Shown here piece after piece: positions 1 through 10,149 of a DNA stretch of 64,000 nucleotides; within the stretch, counting starts at the first letter, position 1; each line of letters opens with the position of its first letter. This DNA comes from Candidatus Latescibacterota bacterium (GTDB lineage: Bacteria; Latescibacterota; UBA2968; UBA8231): assembly GCA_965197905.1 (NCBI GenBank), contig CBDAOB010000003.1, positions 1,056,001 to 1,120,000 of the forward strand. Reading direction: 5' to 3'. Under the pieces are notes generated by a model that saw nothing but the letters and a program-made list of their open reading frames with translations, was not told where the DNA came from and did not search any database. The position numbers were made by a program, and so were the translations under genes.

Positions 1-2409
1 ATCGAACGTACGCGTTACTTCTGGGACGGCGGCAACCATCCTAATTGGTCGGTGGAAGACACCGATTTTGCCGCCGCATCGACCATGCTGTTGGGTGCGC
101 GCCTTCAAGGCAGCATCGGCGCGTTGCGCTACGGGGTAAACGGAGCCAATCTGCACGTCTACCAGAGCACAAAAACTGGCAACAGCATGAAGGGATCGCT
201 GCGTCCGGAGCAGTCGCCCGTGGATTGGGTAGTAGTTCGCGTCTCCGACGACTCGCCGGCCGTCGCCGGCGCCGGTGCTACCGTGCAGGAGGTGCGTTTG
301 CTGGTCAACGGCGACCCCCGTCCCGACCTCATCCCGGGGATTATCCGTCACCGGGCCAACGCGCCGATCCAGATGGGTACCGTCTCGCGCGCCACTGGAG
401 AGTTCACTTCGATCCCCTACAATACCTTCAACGGCTATTATCAAAACGCGCCCAGCTACTACCGTGGACGTAACGAAGTCCCATTGTATGCAGACTACTT
501 CTATCGCCTCGACCACGATCAGGGCACTGACGTGTCCGATATCACCAACCTCGAGGGTTTGCTCACCCACTTTCAAACCACCTCGCCCGAGGTAGTTCAG
601 CATGTTCGTGGCGAGGAGCAGGTCGTCTTCCTGTTCGATTTGAGTTCGGAGCCGGATGTGGAGAAAGTCGAGGTGGAAGCTGTGCTCGGCAACGACTTTC
701 ACGTGGAAGTGGCAACGTTGAACCTGGATAATCCGCGGGGCCGCAACTATGGCACGCAATTCAGGTCCACTTTCTACCGGACCGCCATGCGTGCCGAAGG
801 TCAGGTAGAGGACATGTCCAACCTGAGGCGACGACGGTTCTCGATCCGGGAAGACACCGCGTTGTTTACCTACAGTGTGGATCTGGGTTTGAGCTTGGCA
901 GGTCTCGAGCTGACGGGAGAGTACGCACGCTCGGCCCTGTACGGCCGTTACCCGGCCCGCATCGACGGATCCCCGGAATTCACCCGAGGCGGTCGCTCGA
1001 TGCGCCGTGGCGACGCCTTTTTCGTCAACGGCATGCGGCAGTTCGCGGGAGATCGCGCTGTCGTTGGTGCCGAATGGTTCTCCATGGACCCGGATTACGG
1101 CACCCAGCTTCGCACCTTCGTACCGTTTGAAACGGGGCTAACCTCGGGCCATCTGGCTGGCTTGGTCAACCAGACCGTTTATTGGGACCTCGTGCACGAC
1201 AACGAGGATGGCGATCGTTACCCGGACAGTCACCTGGGAAACATTCTAGGAACTCCCCGAGATGGCCAGGACAAAGACGCAGATGGGGTTTTCATCGGTC
1301 AGGACCGCGACAAAGACGGCCTACCGGACACCAACCGCAATTTCAACGATCTCCCGGACTACGAAGAGCCGTTTCTCATGTGGGATGTGGAGCCCAACGA
1401 ATACACCTACGGGCTCGACCGGAACAACAACGACGAACCAGACCTGCGGGAGGATGATGGTGATCCCGACTATCCGTACGATGCCGATCAGCAAGGATTC
1501 CATTTTTTTGCGCAGTTCAACCTTTCACCGCATTGGTCGATCAGTGCAGGCAGGTACGCAGTAAGCGAGGTTGCCGGACCGGGTCAGAATCGCTCCACCT
1601 ATGCGTTGCTCAGTTATCGCCGGGAACGCCCAATCTACCTGCGACGACTTTTCTTCGAGAACCATCTCCGCCGCGTGGAAGATGACGTCCCTGATCGATA
1701 CACCGTCAGAGACGAGACCTCCAGGCCACTCAATCTAGGTTCCCGGGGGAGCTCATTGCGTCTGGGTGCTCCCTCGTTCAGCTACGGCTTTCGCGACGAT
1801 CCCCTGTTTTACCAGGACAGCTTTGTGAATGAGACCTATGTGGAAGCTCGCCTACAACCGTATAGTGGATTCGAGTTGACGCAGCAACTGCGGATTCGTC
1901 TCAACTGGCAGCGTGGCGGCCAACTCCATAGCGGCGGATTCCAGAGAGAACGGCGGCTCGACCTTTGGAACATCGTGAGCCGCGCCGAGTACAATTGGCA
2001 TCTACGGTCGGTGACCGTACAGCCCCAGCTAAAGATCATGTCACTGCGTTTGCAGGACCGCGACACCGATCAGCAACTGCGCGATGAGTATCGCATTATT
2101 CCGATCCTCCGCTTGCAGTACCCGCTCATGCAGCGAACGGTGCTGCGATTGGGCTTGCAGGGTGCCGGGCCACTTCCCTATCGAGTAGAGGACAATGCGC
2201 AACCGCGGCGCAACTTCAAACAACGAACAGCTTTTCTGACCTTGACCAATCGCTCCGTCTATTTCGGTTACGATCTTTACACCATCCTAGGAATTCAGCG
2301 AGATGAGAAGAGGTTCGAGGATCGTTCTCAGACCGTGGGCGAGCGAAACTCATGGTCCTTCTTTGTGCGCGGATTGATCGGTTTCACCGAGCACGGACCT
2401 TTGCTTTAA
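1..2409 (+). CDS. Large hypothetical exported/outer-membrane protein, 5'-truncated by the window edge; paralog of 18295..21246
   Basis: Frame 1 is open from base 1 (IERTRYFWDGG...), aligning with IERPHAYQEN of the paralog. Shared blocks include SDDSP, PDYEEPFLMxDVEPN, YGLDRNNNDEPDxREDD and FVRxxIGFT. Confidence 0.85.
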   Translation: MERTRYFWDGGNHPNWSVEDTDFAAASTMLLGARLQGSIGALRYGVNGANLHVYQSTKTGNSMKGSLRPEQSPVDWVVVRVSDDSPAVAGAGATVQEVRLLVNGDPRPDLIPGIIRHRANAPIQMGTVSRATGEFTSIPYNTFNGYYQNAPSYYRGRNEVPLYADYFYRLDHDQGTDVSDITNLEGLLTHFQTTSPEVVQHVRGEEQVVFLFDLSSEPDVEKVEVEAVLGNDFHVEVATLNLDNPRGRNYGTQFRSTFYRTAMRAEGQVEDMSNLRRRRFSIREDTALFTYSVDLGLSLAGLELTGEYARSALYGRYPARIDGSPEFTRGGRSMRRGDAFFVNGMRQFAGDRAVVGAEWFSMDPDYGTQLRTFVPFETGLTSGHLAGLVNQTVYWDLVHDNEDGDRYPDSHLGNILGTPRDGQDKDADGVFIGQDRDKDGLPDTNRNFNDLPDYEEPFLMWDVEPNEYTYGLDRNNNDEPDLREDDGDPDYPYDADQQGFHFFAQFNLSPHWSISAGRYAVSEVAGPGQNRSTYALLSYRRERPIYLRRLFFENHLRRVEDDVPDRYTVRDETSRPLNLGSRGSSLRLGAPSFSYGFRDDPLFYQDSFVNETYVEARLQPYSGFELTQQLRIRLNWQRGGQLHSGGFQRERRLDLWNIVSRAEYNWHLRSVTVQPQLKIMSLRLQDRDTDQQLRDEYRIIPILRLQYPLMQRTVLRLGLQGAGPLPYRVEDNAQPRRNFKQRTAFLTLTNRSVYFGYDLYTILGIQRDEKRFEDRSQTVGERNSWSFFVRGLIGFTEHGPLL

Positions 2410-2444
2410 ATGTTCGCGTTCGCCTCTGTTGCCAAGGAGATCCC

Positions 2445-3449
2445 ATGAATCGCCCACCAGAAAGTTTTGTCGTTGTCAAAGAAGAGAGGTTGCTGGAATT
2501 CTCCACCACCTGCTTCCAGAGGGCCGGCCTCGATGCCGACCACGCGTCGGTCATTAGCCGACTCCTGGTGAACTCCGACCTGCGCGGCGTCCGCACCCAC
2601 GGTACCGCCGCAATGAATCGCTACTGCGAGAGCTTCGAAAACGGAACTCATAATCCGCGCCCGAGCCTTACCGTTTTGAGTGAGACGCCGACGACCGCTG
2701 TTGTCGACGGTGACGGCTCCCTCGGATATTTACCGATGGTCAAGGCAACCGAGCTCGCCATTGCCAAGGCGAAAGAGCTGGGGTTGGGCATGGGTATCGC
2801 GCGAAACATCGGTCATTACGGCTCCGCCGGGCATTACGCGCGCATGTGTATGGAAGAGGGATGCATAGGTTTTTCGGTACAGGGATATCACGAATTGGGC
2901 AACGCCCACGACCGCGAAGAGAAACCGCAGATCGGATATTTCGGCAATCCACCGATCTGCTTCGCGATACCGGGAAAGGACGGGCCTCCGGTGGTTCTGG
3001 ATGCCGCCACCCGAATCCTCGCCGACTACCAGACCGGGCCGGAATTCGACAAGCTGCTGGATTTCATTCCGGCTGCGTTCTTCAAGAGCATGGGGTACAC
3101 GGCGGTGGCCGGGTTGCTGGGTGGCGCATTGACAGGCTTCAACCTTCCAGAGGGGGACAACATTCGCGCTCGCTGGCCGAATGCGGCCAAAGGAGGCATG
3201 GTGCTCGCCATTCGCATTGATTCCGTCGTCCCCGAGGAGGTTTTTCGCACCGAGGTAGACCGCCTCGTTCGCGACGTGCGCGAAAGCTACGAGCCGATGC
3301 CGGCCACCGATCGACCGCTACTGCCAGGCGCGATCGAGCAAGAGCGCTTCGAGATGCATCGCCGGGATGGAATCCGGTACGGCGAAAACGAGCAAGCCGA
3401 GGCGCGCCTGGCCAGCGAGCGGCTCGGGGTGCCGTTGCCCTGGGATTAA
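2445..3449 (+). CDS. Ldh_2 family (malate/L-lactate/sulfolactate-type) oxidoreductase
   Basis: DLRGVRTHG, VVDGDGSLG, GHYGSAGHY and FGNPPICFAIP motifs; AAGGAG RBS before ATG 2445. Confidence 0.85.
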   Translation: MNRPPESFVVVKEERLLEFSTTCFQRAGLDADHASVISRLLVNSDLRGVRTHGTAAMNRYCESFENGTHNPRPSLTVLSETPTTAVVDGDGSLGYLPMVKATELAIAKAKELGLGMGIARNIGHYGSAGHYARMCMEEGCIGFSVQGYHELGNAHDREEKPQIGYFGNPPICFAIPGKDGPPVVLDAATRILADYQTGPEFDKLLDFIPAAFFKSMGYTAVAGLLGGALTGFNLPEGDNIRARWPNAAKGGMVLAIRIDSVVPEEVFRTEVDRLVRDVRESYEPMPATDRPLLPGAIEQERFEMHRRDGIRYGENEQAEARLASERLGVPLPWD

Positions 3450-3519
3450 TGCTTTCAGCTGTTGTCCAGCCTCGTCTGGCGTATCTGGCGGTGCCACGAC
3501 GATGTGACCACCCTTCGCA

Positions 3520-5127
3520 TCAGGAGCTGCAGGACAACATGGAGCAGCCAGCACGGTGCCGAGCCCAATCGGGTCGTTTGGCGGCGAACTCCTCTTTTGA
3601 CGGCTGTTCGTCGTAGGGGTGGCGCAACAGCTCGAGCAGCTCGACCACCATCGAGTTGTCCCCTCCCTCCGCCTTGTCGATGGCCAGCTGGGCCAGGTAG
3701 TTCCGCAGCACGTATTTGGGATTGACCGCGTTCATGCGTTCTCGGCGGATCGCATCGGGGGTGCCGTCTTGTCGCACCCGCTCCTGGTATCGCCTGATCC
3801 AGTTGGCGATGCGGGCGCGCCGATCGTCGTTTAATTCATCGGGCGTGTAATACGCATCCATCAGCGGTGCCATCAAATCGGCGGCCGCGGTCTCCGGCGG
3901 GGGATCTGGATGCACCTGAAGATCCGCCAGCTTGCGAAAGAAGATCGTCATATCGGTTTCAGCCAACTGCAACACCTCGAGCAGCTCGGCGACAAGCGGA
4001 GCGTCGGTCTCGGCGTCGAAGGTGTCCAGCCCCAGCTTTCGCCCCATCATCTGCTGCCAGGCCTGGTTGTATTGCTCGGGAAACCGATCCAGTGCCGTTT
4101 GCAATGGTTCCACCTCCTCCATCAACGGCGCCAGGGAGTTAGCCAGCTGAAAGAGGTTCCACAAAGCGATCTGCGACTGGTGTCCGAAGCGATACCGTCG
4201 TCCGCCCGCGTCGGTGGTGTTCGGCGTCCAATCCGGATCGTAATCCTCGAGCCAGCCGTACGGGCCGTAGTCGATGGTCAATCCGAGAATCGACATGTTG
4301 TCCGTGTTCATCACCCCATGGACGAACCCGACGCGCATCCAGTGAACGATCATCTCGGCGGTGGTGCGGCAGACCTCGTCGAACAACTCGACGTAGGTTT
4401 CGACCGAGGGTTTACCAAGGTGAGGGAAATCGACACAGACCGTGTAATCCAGAAGCTGCTTGAGAACCTCCAGCTCGCGACGGGCGGTGAAGATCTCGAA
4501 GCTGCCGAATCTGGTGAAAGAGGGGGACACGCGGCAGACGATGGCGCCCGGCTCAGACTTCGGGTTTCCGTCGTAGAACATGTCCCGCACAACCTCATCG
4601 CCGGTGGTGACGAGGCAGAGCGCGCGGGTGGTGGGAACCCCCAGATGGTACATCGCTTCACTGCAGAGAAACTCGCGCACCGATGATCGCAGCACCGCGA
4701 GCCCGTCGGCGGTACGGGAGTAGGGCGTCGGGCCGGCACCTTTGAGCTGCAGGGCCCAGCGCCGGTCCTCGTGATTGATGGTCTCACCCAGATTGATGGC
4801 ACGGCCGTCGCCCAGCTGACCCGCCCAGTTGCCGAACTGATGTCCGCCGTAACAGGTGGCGTACGGGTCCATGCGGTTGAGGATCCGGTTGCCGGCGAAC
4901 ACCTGCGCGAAGTCGTCGCTCTGACAGGTTTCTTCCTCTATTCCCAGTTCCGTCGAAACCTCCCGGGCATACGCAACCAGCTGCGGTTTAGACACCTGGA
5001 CGGGATCCACCCTCGAGAAGCAGGCGCCAGGCACCTGCCGGCGGTAGTTCTCGGCAACGGGGTCGGCGGGTAATTCCCGCGTGAAGCGGTTGTCGAAGGT
5101 GAGTGTATCCAGGCTCTGGCAGATCAA
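3520..5127 (-). CDS. selO: Protein adenylyltransferase SelO (YdiU/UPF0061)
   Basis: YGGHQFGNWAGQLGDGRA, LKGAGPTPYSRTADG, GFVHGVMNTDN, TIDYGPYG, NPKYVLRNY and C-terminal CSMLSCSS; AGGAG RBS with TTG start. Confidence 0.95.
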   Translation of the reverse strand: MICQSLDTLTFDNRFTRELPADPVAENYRRQVPGACFSRVDPVQVSKPQLVAYAREVSTELGIEEETCQSDDFAQVFAGNRILNRMDPYATCYGGHQFGNWAGQLGDGRAINLGETINHEDRRWALQLKGAGPTPYSRTADGLAVLRSSVREFLCSEAMYHLGVPTTRALCLVTTGDEVVRDMFYDGNPKSEPGAIVCRVSPSFTRFGSFEIFTARRELEVLKQLLDYTVCVDFPHLGKPSVETYVELFDEVCRTTAEMIVHWMRVGFVHGVMNTDNMSILGLTIDYGPYGWLEDYDPDWTPNTTDAGGRRYRFGHQSQIALWNLFQLANSLAPLMEEVEPLQTALDRFPEQYNQAWQQMMGRKLGLDTFDAETDAPLVAELLEVLQLAETDMTIFFRKLADLQVHPDPPPETAAADLMAPLMDAYYTPDELNDDRRARIANWIRRYQERVRQDGTPDAIRRERMNAVNPKYVLRNYLAQLAIDKAEGGDNSMVVELLELLRHPYDEQPSKEEFAAKRPDWARHRAGCSMLSCSS

Positions 5128-5161
5128 AAAACGCTCTCCTATTTTTAATGGCCGACAATGG

Positions 5162-5189
5162 AGTATATGAAGGCGTACGCATCCGTCAA
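5162..5189 (-). promoter_or_regulatory. Putative sigma-70 promoter for selO
   Basis: Minus strand reads TTGACG-N16-TATACT about 35 nt upstream of the selO start. Confidence 0.55.
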
Positions 5190-5240
5190 CGCGATGCGGT
5201 GCGCGATCTGGCCACCTGGAACAAGGAGCCTACTACAGAC

Positions 5241-6209
5241 ATGCATCTGGGACTGAAGTTCAAGCTCGACGATCTGACCGAAGATAACCTGCGATTTGCT
5301 CAGCAGATGGGGGTGACCCACATCGTGCTCCATAGCCCCCGCCTGGTAAAAAACGGCGCGCTGGACTATCACATGCTGCTGGAAAAACGGGAATTCATAG
5401 CCTCATTCGGACTACAGTGGACCGCTATTGAAAACCTCGCTACCGAGCACTGGGGAGATGTCGTCGAGGGCGCTGCACAGCGCGACGAAGGCATCGAGAA
5501 TGTCTGCAGAACGCTCGAGAATATGGGCAAAGTGGGCATACCTATCCTTGGATATTACTTCTCGTTGGCCGGAGGAGGGCACTGGCGCTCCTACGACACC
5601 AACGGAGGCCGTGGAGGAGCCGGCATCAAGAGCTTCGACTACGAGAAGGTCAAAGACGCGCCCCCCAGCAGACATGCGCCGGTCAGCGTTGAAGAGATGT
5701 GGGAGCACCTGGCCTATTTTCTCGAACGGGTAGTTCCGGTAGCGGAGAAGGCAGGTGTTAAATTAGCCGCGCATCCAAACGACCCACCGGCTGAAATACT
5801 GCAGGGCGTGGGCTGTATGTTGACCAGCCACGATGCCATGCAGCGCCACATCGACCTGGTGCCGAGTCCGAACAATGGTCTGGAGTTCTGCCAGGGAACC
5901 GTCGCCGAGATGGGGCCGGCGTCCACGATCGACGCCATCCGTCGCTTCGCGTCGCAGGGGAAGATCTTCTACGTCCACTTCCGCAACGTATGCGGTCAGT
6001 TCCCGAAGTTTGACGAGGTTTTTATAGACGAAGGAGACGTAAACATGATCGCGGCGCTCAAGGCATATAAGGATGCGGGATACGACGGGATTATCACCCC
6101 TGACCATTCACCCCGAGTGGTGGGTGACACGAACTATCACCATCGGGGCAGGGCGTTTGCGCTGGGTTATATCCGTGCGGCGATGCAGGCGCTGGACACC
6201 CTCGACTGA
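5241..6209 (+). CDS. uxuA: Mannonate dehydratase (UxuA family)
   Basis: FLERVVPVAEKAGVKLAAHPNDPP, NGLEFCQG, YVHFRNV, EVFIDEGDVNM and PDH motifs; AAGGAG RBS. Confidence 0.85.
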   Translation: MHLGLKFKLDDLTEDNLRFAQQMGVTHIVLHSPRLVKNGALDYHMLLEKREFIASFGLQWTAIENLATEHWGDVVEGAAQRDEGIENVCRTLENMGKVGIPILGYYFSLAGGGHWRSYDTNGGRGGAGIKSFDYEKVKDAPPSRHAPVSVEEMWEHLAYFLERVVPVAEKAGVKLAAHPNDPPAEILQGVGCMLTSHDAMQRHIDLVPSPNNGLEFCQGTVAEMGPASTIDAIRRFASQGKIFYVHFRNVCGQFPKFDEVFIDEGDVNMIAALKAYKDAGYDGIITPDHSPRVVGDTNYHHRGRAFALGYIRAAMQALDTLD

Positions 6210-6257
6210 GTAACGGGGATGACGGGCGTGCCTTGGGAGCTGACGCCTGCTTAGCTG

Positions 6258-7238
6258 TCAGCGCACGTTCACCGATTTTTTCTGTTTAGCCGCCTTGTAT
6301 ACGGCATCGCTGAGCCGGGCAACCTGCAAAGCGTATGCCGGCGGCTCGTACCCCTTGCCACCGTTGCGGATCCAGCGCAGGAGGGCAGCGTCGGGTGTGT
6401 CCTCCTTTATCCTGGCGGGAATGGACAGCGGTTCGCCGTTGAGGAACGGCTGGCCAACCTGCCATTGATGCTTCTGGAGAACCAGGACCCCTTTACTTCC
6501 GTGTATCGCAAGACGTTCGTCGTGGCGCGGGGTGCAGCCTACGTAGCTCAAGGACAGCTGTGCCCCATTCTTGCAGACCGCGCTGAGCACCGTGTCTAGG
6601 TCCACCGGCTTGTCGCGGTTGTCTACATACGCCGAAACCTTCGTGGGTTCCACTCCCGTTACCCACAGCGCCGCGGCGGTCAAATGGCTTCCAGTATCCA
6701 TGAACATGCCGCCACCGGCCAGCTCCGGAACGTGCCGCCAGTTGCCGGCCAGGCCCCAATCCTGGGTCACGTAGCCGATAACCGAACGAATCTTGCCCAG
6801 CTTACCCTTTTGGACGAGTTCGCGGGCGTAAACATAGGTGGGGAAGAAGTGGCGTTGGTAGGCGACCACCAGAAAGCGCTTTTGCTTGGCGGCGAGCTCG
6901 AGCAGCTTCTTCGAGTGGTTGCCAGAGATGGTGAGTGGTTTTTCCACCAGGACGTGCGCCCCGCACTCAAGGGCCATCTGCGCATGCGGGAAATGATGGG
7001 CGTGGGGTGAGCTGATCCAGACCGCGTCCAGCTCTTCACCGCGAAGCATCTGTTTATAGTCGCTGTAGTACGGCGCCGGAGTGCCCCAATTCTCAAGGAG
7101 CAAACGCGCGTTTGACTCGACCACGTCGACGACCGCGGCCAACTCAACGGCGCCGTCTGCCTTCAGGCGCCGCATGTGGGCCCCGCTCATGTTGCCGCCG
7201 CACCCGATAAGCCCGATTCGAATCTTCTTTTTCGCCAT
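6258..7238 (-). CDS. Gfo/Idh/MocA family oxidoreductase
   Basis: IGLIGCGG Rossmann motif, HVLVEKP and GGGMFMDTGSH. Confidence 0.9.
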   Translation of the reverse strand: MAKKKIRIGLIGCGGNMSGAHMRRLKADGAVELAAVVDVVESNARLLLENWGTPAPYYSDYKQMLRGEELDAVWISSPHAHHFPHAQMALECGAHVLVEKPLTISGNHSKKLLELAAKQKRFLVVAYQRHFFPTYVYARELVQKGKLGKIRSVIGYVTQDWGLAGNWRHVPELAGGGMFMDTGSHLTAAALWVTGVEPTKVSAYVDNRDKPVDLDTVLSAVCKNGAQLSLSYVGCTPRHDERLAIHGSKGVLVLQKHQWQVGQPFLNGEPLSIPARIKEDTPDAALLRWIRNGGKGYEPPAYALQVARLSDAVYKAAKQKKSVNVR

Positions 7239-7268
7239 TGATCAATCCTTGTTGGTTGAAGGCCGTCG

Positions 7269-8249
7269 TTAAGCGTCCATCTCTTCCCCAAGGCCCGTCG
7301 AAACCGTGTCCAGCTCGGCCAGCAGGTCCTCATCTAGTTTCCAGCCCACCGCTCCCACAACGTCGTCCAGATGTTCGATCCGGTCACTTCCCGAGATGGC
7401 TACGGTGACTTCGTGTTGAGCCAGCACCCAGGCCATCGCCAACTGTGCCGGACTCTTGCCGATCTTCTCCGCCGTTTCCAGCACCGCTGCAACGACACGA
7501 CCTACCTGTCCTTCCATCAGCAACGGGTAGGCATCCTTACGCCGTGTCGCCCACAGCGAACCCCTCGGGGCGGGCTCACCCGGGCGGTAGAAGCCGCTCA
7601 AGAGGCCGACGCCAAGTGGACTGTACGCCATAAATCCCAGTCCAAATTCACGCACCGCGCCGAAAAGCTCGGTTTCCGGTCCTCTAGTGAGCAGGTTGTA
7701 CTTATTCTGTACGCAGATGAAGGGTGCGGCATTGAGGCGATCGGCCACCCAAAGAGCGTGGCAGACCTGCCAGGCCTGGAAGTTGCAGCAGCCCACGTAC
7801 AGCACCTTGCCGCTGCGCACCAGATCGTCCAGCGCGCGAACCGTTTCATCAAGCGGCGTGGTCTCATCGAAGCTGTGCACCAGGTAGACGTCGATGTGAT
7901 CGGTCTGCAGCCGCTTGAGGGAATTCTCCACCTCGCGCATGACATGGAATCGCGAGGCGCCTTTGTCGTTGGAGCCATCGCCCAAGGGACTTGCGACTTT
8001 CGAGGTTATCACTACCTCGCGGCGCCTGTCCTTGAGCACGTTACCGAGGATCTGCTCCGACAGACCCCGATACTTGCGGTCGTCCATGGTGCCGTAGACG
8101 TTGGCGCAATCGATCAGATTGATGCCCCGGTCGATGGCATGGTTGATCAGGCCCTCCGCCTCCTCCCGGCTGTCCTGCCCCCGCAAGCCTAAACCCAACG
8201 CAATGCGGCTTACCTTGACGCCCGCAGTGCCGAAATTCACGTACTCCAT
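7269..8249 (-). CDS. Aldo/keto reductase
   Basis: GINLIDCANVYG, SLKRLQTDHIDVY and YSPLGVGLL; start trimmed to MEYVNFG. Confidence 0.9.
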   Translation of the reverse strand: MEYVNFGTAGVKVSRIALGLGLRGQDSREEAEGLINHAIDRGINLIDCANVYGTMDDRKYRGLSEQILGNVLKDRRREVVITSKVASPLGDGSNDKGASRFHVMREVENSLKRLQTDHIDVYLVHSFDETTPLDETVRALDDLVRSGKVLYVGCCNFQAWQVCHALWVADRLNAAPFICVQNKYNLLTRGPETELFGAVREFGLGFMAYSPLGVGLLSGFYRPGEPAPRGSLWATRRKDAYPLLMEGQVGRVVAAVLETAEKIGKSPAQLAMAWVLAQHEVTVAISGSDRIEHLDDVVGAVGWKLDEDLLAELDTVSTGLGEEMDA

Positions 8250-8399
8250 GATCACTTGTTTTCTGTTCAGTCTGTTTCGGGTTCGAGAGCATGAAGATAA
8301 CGCACGATCCGTTTCGATGCCGTACGTGCCAGGAACCCTCGAAATCTTGCATTGGCCGCCTTCGTGGGCTATCCTGATCGCCGCAAGGAGGAACCTCAA

Positions 8400-8855
8400 A
8401 TGATAGTTGATAAACTGAGCAATGCACCTTTGTATTACGGTCTTGGCGAGCGTTTCAAGGCGGGTTTCGAATACCTGCAGTCCACCGATTTTTCCTCAAT
8501 GGAGAAGGGTGAATACCCGGTTTCCGGCAAGGAGATCTACTTGGTTATGGCACATTCCCAACCGCGCGAGCGCAGTACGGCGCAGTACGAGGCGCACCGG
8601 CAATACGTCGACCTGCAATACGTGGTAAAGGGCAGCGACCTCATGGGATACGCGCCGTTGGACCAACTACAGGTAACTCAAGAGTACGATGCGGAGACCG
8701 ACGCGCTGCTGGCCACAGGCAGCGGCGATTTTTTGCGGACCTCGCCAGGCATGTTTTTTATGTTCGGCCCGCAGGATGCCCATATGCCGGCGGTCAAGGG
8801 TGAAAACACGGATGATGCAACGATCAAAGCTGTGCTGAAGGTGCTCGTCGATTAG
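8400..8855 (+). CDS. YhcH/YjgK/YiaL (NanQ-like) cupin protein
   Basis: MIVDKL start, YEAHRQYVDLQY, FGPQDAHMP and KAVLKV; AGGAGG RBS. Confidence 0.9.
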   Translation: MIVDKLSNAPLYYGLGERFKAGFEYLQSTDFSSMEKGEYPVSGKEIYLVMAHSQPRERSTAQYEAHRQYVDLQYVVKGSDLMGYAPLDQLQVTQEYDAETDALLATGSGDFLRTSPGMFFMFGPQDAHMPAVKGENTDDATIKAVLKVLVD

Positions 8856-8896
8856 TAGGTAACGTCTAGCAGAATTTTTCGCGACAGGAGAATACA

Positions 8897-10144
8897 GTGG
8901 CAGCTGTCAAACCAGATACGGTGGTGATTGTTGGCGCCGGCATCGCCGGCCTATGTACCGCCTTCCACGTCAAGGAAAAAGGGGTGAACCGGGTCGTCCT
9001 GCTCGACAAGGGCAAGGTGGGCAGCGGGTCGAGCAGCAGGTCGGGGGCGGTGAACACCATGCTCATGTCCACCGAAACCGGAACCCGGGCTCGGGCCATC
9101 ACCATGGATATCTTCGAGCGCTTCAGCAAGATCCTCGACAACTACTCGTTCCATCAGGTGGGATGTATGTACATCAGCACGGAGCAGCAGTATCGAGATT
9201 CCGAGCACGAGCAGGAGATGCACACGCGCTGCGGCGCCAAATTCGAGATTCTGCGCCGCAAGGATATGGAAAAGCGCTACCCGGCTCTACGCATCAAAGA
9301 CGACGAATACTGCGTTATCGATCTGCGCGGTGGCTGGAATGAGCCGGACACCTATATCGCGGCGCTGTCGGCCAAGATACGGGAGATGGGGGTGGAGGTT
9401 CTCGAGGACGATCCAGTGGAGGAGTTCATTCAAGAAGACGGGAAAGTAAAAGGGGTGCGGGCGCGCCAGGCGGGGGAGCTACGGGCGGACGCAACCGTTT
9501 GTACGCTCAACGCCTGGGCGAATTCACTGATGACCGGTGTCGGTCAGCCTATCCCTGCCCACAACTACGTGCACGAACGCTTCATGTCGGCGCCTTTTGC
9601 GGAGGTGCCGGACATGCCGGCCACCAACGACAACGCCGGCCAGATCTATTACCGGCCCACCGAAGACAATCGGATACTCTTCGGCACCGGTGCCCACGAA
9701 CCGGTGCGACACACGATGCCCGGTATCGATTTCGACTACTCGCAGCTGGAGCTGCACCCGGCGCCCGAACAGTTCATCAGAAACGCGATTCGCGAACGGA
9801 TGCCGATCATGGAAGGGGTCGAGCTGGAACAGCACCGGATCGGCTTAATTAGCATGACCGCGGATACCTTTCCCAACATCGGCCCGGTGGGAGCGCTTCC
9901 CGGGTTATTTCTAGGCTGTAACTTCAACTCCGGTGGGTTCGGCTATCACGCCGTGGCCGGTCTTCTGCTTTCCGAGTTCATCGTCGACGGGCAGACCCGC
10001 ATCGATGTCGCCGACTTCTCCCCGGACCGCTTCAAGGATATCGACGTGGAGGCTTATCTGGCCGAGGACAGGAAATACAAAGAGGCCTGGAAGCCGGCGC
10101 CGAGCAACGAGAATCGCGAGAAACCCTTGGTCCGGAGATTCTAA
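8897..10144 (+). CDS. FAD-dependent oxidoreductase (DAO/sarcosine-oxidase beta-like)
   Basis: VIVGAGIAG, GSGSSSRSG, TADTFPNIG and NSGGF motifs. Confidence 0.85.
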   Translation: MAAVKPDTVVIVGAGIAGLCTAFHVKEKGVNRVVLLDKGKVGSGSSSRSGAVNTMLMSTETGTRARAITMDIFERFSKILDNYSFHQVGCMYISTEQQYRDSEHEQEMHTRCGAKFEILRRKDMEKRYPALRIKDDEYCVIDLRGGWNEPDTYIAALSAKIREMGVEVLEDDPVEEFIQEDGKVKGVRARQAGELRADATVCTLNAWANSLMTGVGQPIPAHNYVHERFMSAPFAEVPDMPATNDNAGQIYYRPTEDNRILFGTGAHEPVRHTMPGIDFDYSQLELHPAPEQFIRNAIRERMPIMEGVELEQHRIGLISMTADTFPNIGPVGALPGLFLGCNFNSGGFGYHAVAGLLLSEFIVDGQTRIDVADFSPDRFKDIDVEAYLAEDRKYKEAWKPAPSNENREKPLVRRF

Positions 10145-10149
10145 GACCA

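Noticed and set aside
3450..3545. Selenocysteine read-through at the selO TGA stop
   Set aside because: The Sec-equivalent position (C in CSS) is already a TGC Cys, the TGA follows the normal terminus, and no convincing SECIS is visible.
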